Assembly: GCA_947085095.1 (NCBI GenBank)
Contig: CAMTVD010000013.1
Span: forward strand, 61,360 to 125,359
Reading direction: 5' to 3'
Source: an uncultured Thermus sp.
GTDB lineage: Bacteria > Deinococcota > Deinococci > Deinococcales > Thermaceae
Length of the DNA: 64,000 nt
Below the pieces are notes generated by a model. The model was not told where the DNA came from. It ran no database searches and was given only the letters and a program-made list of their open reading frames with translations. Shown piece by piece: positions 58,292 through 64,000 of the stretch (its first letter is position 1; each line of letters begins with the position of its first letter). The translations under genes were made by a program, and so were the position numbers.

Positions 58292-58651
58292 CTGGTTGGG
58301 CGGCGCTGGTCCTGCTGGCTGGCGCGGCTCCTGGAGGAGCCGGACCCTCTGGACCGGAGGCGCAAGTGCCTAGCCCTCACCCCCAAGGGGGAGGAAAAGA
58401 CCAAGGCCCTCCTTGTCCACCGGAGACCCTTGGAGGGGGCGCTAAGGGAGGTACCCGACCTCGAGGCCCTCTGGGAGGGCCTCCTCCACCTGGCCCGGGG
58501 GCTCATCGCCCAGGGGGTCATGGCGGACACGGGCCTCTGCCTCACCTGCCGGCACCTGCGGCGCGAAGAGGGGTACTTCTGCGCTCTCTTGGGCCTTCCC
58601 CTGGCCCCGGGGGAGCTACGCCTGGCCTGCCCGGACCATCTTCCCCTTTGA
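58292..58651 (+). pseudogene. 5'-truncated MarR-type regulator with Cys-rich C-terminus (Thermus NsrR-like)
   Basis: In frame directly after the previous TAG: ...EEPDPLDRRRKCLALTPKG (MarR wing) then CLTCRH...FCALL...LACPDH; no start codon or HTH helices upstream of the wing. Confidence 0.7.
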
Positions 58652-58661
58652 TCCCGGTCAT
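58648..58661 (+). promoter_or_regulatory. FNR/DNR-like box TTGATCCCGGTCAT upstream of hemerythrin gene
   Basis: 23 nt to -10 TAGCCT (58685-58690). Confidence 0.65.
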
Positions 58662-58705
58662 GGAGCACGGGGCGCTAGCCCAGGTAGCCTACGAGAGGGG
58701 AGGCC

Positions 58706-59260
58706 ATGAAGGTGCTTTTTCACGGGAAAACCTTGGTGCGCCCAGGTGGGCAGGCCCGGGTCTGGGATCTTGCGGGAGAGGAGGCCGTAAAGGTGGAGTC
58801 CAGCGAGGCGGCCCTCCTGGCCTGCCTCAAGGGGCATCTGGAGCTGGTTCGTTGGCAAAAGGAGGTGCCCCTCGAGGCCGGGGAGGTGGTGCGGCTCAAG
58901 CCAGGGGCCTACCGGATCCGGGGGGAGGGGCGGGCCATGCTGGTGCTCTTTGGCCTTTCCCGGGAAGCCCTGGAGAGGGAGCACGAGGCCTTCTTTGCCC
59001 TGCTTGAGGCTTTGCCAGCCCGGGAGGCGGCCGAAGCCCTGGCCCGGCTCTTTGAGGCCCATGCCGCCAAGGAGGAGACCCTCTACTACCCCACCCTCTC
59101 CCCGGGGGCCAGGCGGGAACGGGTGCTGGAGCACCGCCTGCTTCGGGAGCTGATCGGAGAGCTTCTGAAGGCCTTGCGGGAGGGACGGGGAACCGAGGGA
59201 ATCATAGATCGGCTGCGTACGGCCCTCGAGGCCCACGCGGAAAAGGAGCTAGCGGACTGA
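58706..59260 (+). CDS. Cupin-like + hemerythrin (HHE) domain protein
   Basis: LEREH, H-x3-EE-x2-YYP, EH, H-x3-E motifs; N-terminal beta-rich segment LEAGEVVRL-x-PG; GGAGG RBS. Confidence 0.7.
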   Translation: MKVLFHGKTLVRPGGQARVWDLAGEEAVKVESSEAALLACLKGHLELVRWQKEVPLEAGEVVRLKPGAYRIRGEGRAMLVLFGLSREALEREHEAFFALLEALPAREAAEALARLFEAHAAKEETLYYPTLSPGARRERVLEHRLLRELIGELLKALREGRGTEGIIDRLRTALEAHAEKELAD

Positions 59261-59388
59261 GGCCTTCAGGCAAGGGCCTGTGCGGAAACTCCACAGCCTT
59301 CCCAACATGAAGGGCTCGATCCAGCGCACGGCCAAATCCCCGCCGGGGCTTCTGCCTCGGCGGGGCGCTTGGCCTTCCTTGACCCAGC

Positions 59389-59817
59389 TCAGCGCCTGGG
59401 CCTGGCCTTCAAGACCTCTTGGGGGGCCAGCTTCTTGGCCCGCGCCGCCTTTACCTCCTCGGCCGTGAAGGCCTTGGGGTTTTTGTTGCCGAAGCTTTGG
59501 CCAAGGTGGTTGAGGAGGGCGGCCACCTCCTCGTCCTTGAGCTGGGCGAAGCCGGGCATTATGCCGTTATAGGTGGCCGTCCCCACCTTAAGGGGCCCTT
59601 GCAGGCCGTAGACCGTTACCCAAATCAGGTACGAGCGCCCCTCGGGACTCTTGAAGAAGGTCTCCAGGCCCGTAAGGGGCGGGAAGGCCCCCGGCACCCC
59701 CTGGCCTGAGGGTTGGTGGCAGCCCTGACAGAACTGGCCGTAGAGCCTGGCCCCGTCTTGGGCCAGCCCTGCGCCCAAGAGCCCTAGCGCCGCAAGGAAA
59801 ACCATGGCTTTTCTCAT
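59389..59817 (-). CDS. nirM: Periplasmic cytochrome c552-type electron donor
   Basis: Signal peptide, CQGCH, GVPGAFPPL, YNG-x-MP; third gene of nirSJM; start ATG 59817. Confidence 0.82.
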   Translation of the reverse strand: MRKAMVFLAALGLLGAGLAQDGARLYGQFCQGCHQPSGQGVPGAFPPLTGLETFFKSPEGRSYLIWVTVYGLQGPLKVGTATYNGIMPGFAQLKDEEVAALLNHLGQSFGNKNPKAFTAEEVKAARAKKLAPQEVLKARPRR

Positions 59818-59828
59818 GCTTACCTCCC

Positions 59829-60947
59829 TTAGGAAGCTTTCCCCACGCGCTCCAGCCAGGCGGGAGGGACGTAGGCGCAGCGGGGTTCGCTGGCCAGGTA
59901 ATCCCCCGTTTCCGCAAAGGCCCGGGCGCGGCTTCCCCCACAGACAAAGCGGTACTCGCAGACCCCGCACTTGCCCTTTAGGCGCCCCTTATCCCTAAGC
60001 TCTTGGAAAAGGGAGCTCTCGCGGTAGATCTGCAAGAGGGGCTTGTCCCGGACGTTGCCCGCATAAAGGGGCAAGAAGCCCGAGGGGGCCACCTCCCCGG
60101 TGGCGGAGACGAAGACGAAGCCGTTGCCGTCCGTGACCCCCAGGCGGGAGTGTTCCATGCTATCTTGGAAATATTCATGATAAAGACTTTCGCCTGCGGC
60201 CAGGGCCCGGTCCCCCGGGCCCTCCTCGGCCCGCCTTTGCAGGGCCACCCGCCGGAAGTGGTGGGCCTCGGTGGTCTTCACGTGGAAAGGGTAGGTGCGG
60301 GAGACCCCATAGAGCCAGTGGAGAACCTCCTCAAACTCCCGGGCAGATAGTTGCTTGAGGAGAGCCCCTCGACCCACGGGGACCAGAAAGAAGAGGCTCC
60401 AGAGGACCACCCCCTTTTCCGCCAGGAGGTCGGGGAGGGCCTGGATTTCTGGCCAGGTGTCCCGGGTCACCGTGGTGTTCACCTGGGTGGGAAGGCCCGC
60501 CTCCTGGGCCCAGGTGAGGGCCTCGAGGGTCCTCGCGAAGGTTCCCCTCTCTCCCCGGAAGGCGTCGTGGGTCTCGGGCCGGGCCCCGTCTAGGGAGAGG
60601 GCGAGCCGGGTGACCCCGGCCTCTTTGAGGCGGAAGACCCTCTCCCGGGTGAGGAGGGGGGTGGCCGCCGGGGTCAGGCCCACCTTCAGGCCCAGCTCCC
60701 GGGCCCTCTGGAGGAGGAGGAAGAGGTCCTTCCTGGCCAGGGGGTCGCCCCCGGTGAGGAGGAGAAGGGGTTTGGGCCGGTAGGTGGCCACCTCCTCCAC
60801 GAGCCTCAGCCCTTCCTCGGTGGAGAGCTCCCCGGGAAGGGGGTGGGGCTCGGCCGAAGCCCGGCAGTGGCGGCAGGCCAAAAGGCAGGCGTGGGTCACC
60901 TCCCAGGCCACCAGGTAGGGGTATTGGGCGAAGTCCGGGCGTTCCAT
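59829..60947 (-). CDS. nirJ: Radical SAM/SPASM heme (d1) biosynthesis protein
   Basis: WEVT-x-ACLLACRHCRA, TGGDPL, SLDG, KGKCGVCEY-x2-VCGGSRARA; start ATG 60947. Confidence 0.85.
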   Translation of the reverse strand: MERPDFAQYPYLVAWEVTHACLLACRHCRASAEPHPLPGELSTEEGLRLVEEVATYRPKPLLLLTGGDPLARKDLFLLLQRARELGLKVGLTPAATPLLTRERVFRLKEAGVTRLALSLDGARPETHDAFRGERGTFARTLEALTWAQEAGLPTQVNTTVTRDTWPEIQALPDLLAEKGVVLWSLFFLVPVGRGALLKQLSAREFEEVLHWLYGVSRTYPFHVKTTEAHHFRRVALQRRAEEGPGDRALAAGESLYHEYFQDSMEHSRLGVTDGNGFVFVSATGEVAPSGFLPLYAGNVRDKPLLQIYRESSLFQELRDKGRLKGKCGVCEYRFVCGGSRARAFAETGDYLASEPRCAYVPPAWLERVGKAS

Positions 60948-60981
60948 GAGGACATCCTCCAGGTAAGGGGGATCTTGGGCC

Positions 60982-60995
60982 ATGACCTGGGTCAT
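60982..60995 (-). promoter_or_regulatory. FNR/DNR-like box ATGACCCAGGTCAT upstream of nirJ
   Basis: Identical to 42100-42113; 22 nt to GAGGAT, then 6 nt to ATG 60947. Confidence 0.65.
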
Positions 60996-61034
60996 GGGGG
61001 AGGTGGGGGTAGGTCCCACCTCCCGCCTAAGCCC

Positions 61035-62200
61035 CTAGTAGATGTCGAAGGCAGTGTTGTACACGTTGAACTTGCCGGTGGGCGTCCGCACCCAGTCCCC
61101 GGTGATCCGGGCCTTCTCCCCCAGAGTGAGGGCATCGTAGACCACGATGAAGGTGGGGGTGTCCTTGCTGCCCCAGGCGGAGACCCAGATCTCCGTCCCG
61201 CCCTTGTTGAACTCAGGGTGGACCATCCGGGACCTAAGCTCCCGGGCCCCAGGCACCTCCCAGCACTTGGTGACCTCCAGCTTGCGCCTGTCTATGGCGC
61301 AGAGGCTGGCCGCCGCCTGGGGGCTTGGGCTCATGGGGAAGTCCACCCGGGGCTGAAGTGGCTGGCCACAATGGCCGCCACCCGGGCCTCCTGCACGAAC
61401 TCCCCTGCCCCCTTGGCGTAGGACATGGTGGAGACCATCTTGATGGGCTCGAGGGTCAGCCCGTCCAAGACCACCATGGTGGGCGGCCAGTAGCACCCCA
61501 CCACGGCGTACCTGTCCTCGAAGCCCTTGAACTTGCTGGACTCAATGGAGCGGGCGTCGATGCAGGGTTTGGACTCGGCCACCACCTGGGGCGGGTTCAT
61601 CCAGAGGTCAATGAGGCTGGCCTTCCCGTCCCGGCCAATGGCCAGGAAGTAGCGGCCCGTGGCGATAGACCGGAGGATGTGGGTGGCGAAGCCCGTGGGG
61701 ACGATGCTCACCAGTTCCTTTTTGTCCCCGTCAATGATGGCCACCTGGCCGAGGTCCCTCAGGACCTGGCCGAAGAAGTTCTGCCAGTTGCGGTTATGTT
61801 GGGGCCTAGTGGGGCGCTGGTCCACAGGGACGTGCACCTTCCAGGTCTTCAGGATCTCGTCAAAGGAGGGGATAGGGGGCGTAGGGGGTTCCTCCAGGAG
61901 GAAGCGGGCGCTGATCTCCACTTCTTTTTCGTTCAGGATGCCCTGCCGTCCCCAGTCGGGCATGCCCCTGGGGAGCCCGCCGAAGATCACGGCCTTGAGG
62001 TACTCGAGGTCCCTCTCGGCCATCTTCTTGGGTTCCAGGGATGGTCCGGTGGCCCCCTTGCGCAGGACCCCGTGGCAGCCGGCGCAGCGGTCAAAGTAGA
62101 TCTGCGCTGCCTGGGCCCGCTCTTCCGGGGTGAGGGTCGGGGGGCTTTGGGCCAGGGACCAGCTCAGCACCGCCAGGAAACCGAAAACCCAGTAACCACT
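61035..62200 (-). pseudogene. nirS: Cytochrome cd1 nitrite reductase pseudogene (no start, signal-peptide frameshift, internal deletion)
   Basis: YFDRCAGCHGVLRKGATG, RVAAIVASH in 61331-62170; C-terminus HPEFN...W...TPTGKFNVYNT in a different frame (61035-61347); extra T at GGTTTTCGG ~62184-62188; no ATG/RBS before codons W-L-L-G. Confidence 0.88.
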
Positions 62201-62203
62201 CCG

Positions 62204-62238
62204 CTAGGACAGATGTCCTAAGACAAACGTCCCTAGCA
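62204..62238. repeat. 35-bp tandem-operator element, copy 1 (upstream of nirS)
   Basis: CTAGGACAGATGTCCTAAGACAAACGTCCCTAGCA; 31/35 identical to 63726-63760. Confidence 0.8.
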
Positions 62239-62244
62239 ACGCTG

Positions 62245-62279
62245 AAACAACCCCCCTTGGGCTTTGAGTCCAAGGGGGG
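62245..62279 (-). terminator. Rho-independent terminator after nirK
   Basis: CCCCCCTTGGACT-CAA-AGCCCAAGGGGGG hairpin followed by TTGTTT on minus strand. Confidence 0.75.
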
Positions 62280-62318
62280 CGCCCTATTTTCCTAGCGGTG
62301 ATGCGATCCGGCGGCGGC

Positions 62319-63662
62319 TTACTTCGAGGGAGCGTATACGCGGATTATGCCCCGCATGTACGGGTGGATGCTGCAAATGTAAGTGTATTCCCCGGGCTGG
62401 GTGAAGGTCACCTGCCAGCGTTCCCCGTGGCCCAGCTTGGGGGAGACGAAGGGCTCGGGCCCCTTTACGTCCACCACCACGGCATCATGGCGTCCGGTCC
62501 GCTCCCCGTCCAGCAGGTCAAACACGTCTTCGTTGACAAACTCCACCGTGGTTCCCACCGGGACTTCCAGGACCTTGGGGTAGAAGGAGTTGCCCACCAT
62601 CTGAATCCTGACGGGCAGGGGCTCGAGGGTGTGATGCCCCGTGGACATTGCTTGGTGGAGTGCAGGATCAGGCGCTACCCGCACGGTGTGTTCGTGGTGG
62701 GGCGTGCCCAGGCCGTAGGGGTCCAGGACCCGCTTGGCCCCCTTGGGAACCTCCCGCAGGGCTTTGGGCCCTTCAGCCCTCACCACCCGCACCCGAGGAG
62801 CATCCTTCTTGGCACGCAGGATGCCCAAAGCGCCCTTTATGGCGGTGCCGAAGACGTGGGTAACCAAGGCGTAATCCCCTTCCACGGGCGGCACCCGCCA
62901 CTCAATAACCCAGGAATCCGAAGGTCCAGCCAATGCGGTTTGGCTTCCCTTAACGAGGTTGTCGGGGTGTCCCTGGTAGTACATGTACTCCCACACCCCG
63001 CCTACCACATGGAAGGTGCTGGTGAGGTTAGGCCCGGAGTTTAGGAAGTAGATGCGAACGTAGTCTCCCGGCCGGACGGGGATGGGCTCATGGACGTAGC
63101 GGAAGTTTTTACCGTTGAAGACCACGTAAGTGGGGCGGCCATCGAAGAAGTCGCGTCCGGAAGCGTACCACTCGCTTTGGACCAGGTAGAGCTTGAGATC
63201 GGGGGCCCGGCCCAGCTCCTTCTCCAAGCGGTACTTCTTCTTCTTAGGTTCCACCACGATCATCCCGTGCTGGCCGCCCATGGTGTGGGCCATGATGCCG
63301 TGGCCCCCGGGAGCGCAGTGGTACATGAAGACTCCCGGGAAGTCGGCGGTAAAGCGGAAAACCCGCTCCTCGCCGGGCTGGACGTTGCCCAGGAACTTGG
63401 AGGTCTGGGTGTTGGCCGCGTGGATGGAAAGGCCATGGGCCACGGAGTCTTTGTTGCGCAGAACGATTTCAACGGTGTCGCCCTCCTCCACGACTAGTAG
63501 GGGTCCTGGGCTCATCTCGTTAAAGGAAAAGCCCTTCACGTAGACCCCCTTGTCAACTGGGAAGACGTTGGAGTGGGTTGTGAGGACAAACCGCTTTACC
63601 CCGCCCGCCGAAGCCGAGAGGCTGAGGCTGAGCAACCCAATGGCCAGCAAGTGTTTCCACAT
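62319..63662 (-). CDS. nirK: Three-domain copper nitrite reductase with C-terminal cupredoxin
   Basis: Signal peptide; HGLSIHA, YHCAPGG...HTMGGQ, STFHVVG, YALVTH; C-terminal FYPKVLEV-x2-GTTV...H...YICSIHPYM. Confidence 0.92.
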   Translation of the reverse strand: MWKHLLAIGLLSLSLSASAGGVKRFVLTTHSNVFPVDKGVYVKGFSFNEMSPGPLLVVEEGDTVEIVLRNKDSVAHGLSIHAANTQTSKFLGNVQPGEERVFRFTADFPGVFMYHCAPGGHGIMAHTMGGQHGMIVVEPKKKKYRLEKELGRAPDLKLYLVQSEWYASGRDFFDGRPTYVVFNGKNFRYVHEPIPVRPGDYVRIYFLNSGPNLTSTFHVVGGVWEYMYYQGHPDNLVKGSQTALAGPSDSWVIEWRVPPVEGDYALVTHVFGTAIKGALGILRAKKDAPRVRVVRAEGPKALREVPKGAKRVLDPYGLGTPHHEHTVRVAPDPALHQAMSTGHHTLEPLPVRIQMVGNSFYPKVLEVPVGTTVEFVNEDVFDLLDGERTGRHDAVVVDVKGPEPFVSPKLGHGERWQVTFTQPGEYTYICSIHPYMRGIIRVYAPSK

Positions 63663-63725
63663 ACTTCCTCACCTCCTGGGAAGTCAATCTAGGACTTTCC
63701 CGTCCGTAAATATAGAGCAAGGCAC

Positions 63726-63760
63726 CAAGGACATGTGTCCTAAGACAAAAGTCCCTAGCA
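63726..63760. repeat. 35-bp tandem-operator element, copy 2 (upstream of nirK)
   Basis: CAAGGACATGTGTCCTAAGACAAAAGTCCCTAGCA; proximal box 13 nt from TATATT -10 (63709-63714, minus). Confidence 0.8.
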
Positions 63761-63860
63761 GTGCCGGCTAAAGCATCTCCAGTTGCATGTTCTACGAGAC
63801 ATCTGCCCTAGGCAAGGGGAGAAGAGCGCGGCTATGATCCTGTCTGATGCGCTGGCTGAC

Positions 63861-64000
63861 GGTCGTGTCAAGAGTTATGTGTAAGAGTCTGTGTACGGGG
63901 GGCATACCGCTCCTGAAGCATCTTCTCCAGCACCTCCTTCACCTCCGAGAACCCCTTTAGTTTCCGTTCTGCCCACCTCCCTTCCTGCCTCTCCGACTCC
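63861..64000 (-). mobile_element. End of IS256-family insertion sequence with transposase C-terminus (partial)
   Basis: Terminal TTACACATAACTCTTGACACGACC (minus strand) typical of IS256 IR; frame 63999-63868 reads ESERQEGRWAERKLKGFSEVKEVLEKMLQERYAPRTQTLTHNS* with the stop inside the IR. Confidence 0.8.

Noticed and set aside
59379..59392. Sixth FNR-like box TTGACCCAGCTCAG after nirM
   Set aside because: Two mismatches in one half-site, no -10 at 22-23 nt and no recognisable downstream gene

Overview
GC-rich Thermus-like (Deinococcota) region in three blocks. (1) 1-10.1 kb: branched-chain-type ABC transporter genes and a phenylacetate catabolism cluster (paaI, paaK, thioesterase, paaZ, paaDCBA, paaR). 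(2) ~10.1-40.5 kb: a ~30 kb accessory/defence-like island with no integrase or cas genes. On the minus strand it carries a signal-peptide/vWA/TM protein, an FtsZ/tubulin-like GTPase, a degenerate paralogue of it, a protease-less BrxL-type ATPase, a SNF2 helicase and an N6-adenine methyltransferase with AT-rich patches. An opposite-strand RecQ-PRTase/DprA (RqlH/RqlI-like) pair plus UvrD follows, then on the minus strand again a giant DEAH-DUF1998-nuclease helicase, a RelE-like/UvrD fusion and a very divergent, apparently catalytically dead Argonaute-like protein whose 3' end runs through one of two solitary type I-E-like CRISPR repeats. The Argonaute/RelE-UvrD/helicase-nuclease operon and its link to the tubulin-BrxL-SNF2-MTase operon (via a shared ~80-aa C-terminal domain) is the best candidate for an undescribed system. 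(3) 40.6-64 kb: Thermus denitrification region with drpAB-like and globin genes, narCGHJIKT, dnrST, ferredoxin, VapBC, a truncated MarR/NsrR-type regulator, nirM, nirJ, a nirS pseudogene, an intact three-domain nirK and the end of an IS256-family element. Two families of GAC-N4-GTC operator boxes recur at promoters. All family assignments come from motifs read by eye and recalled reference sequences; no database search was run.
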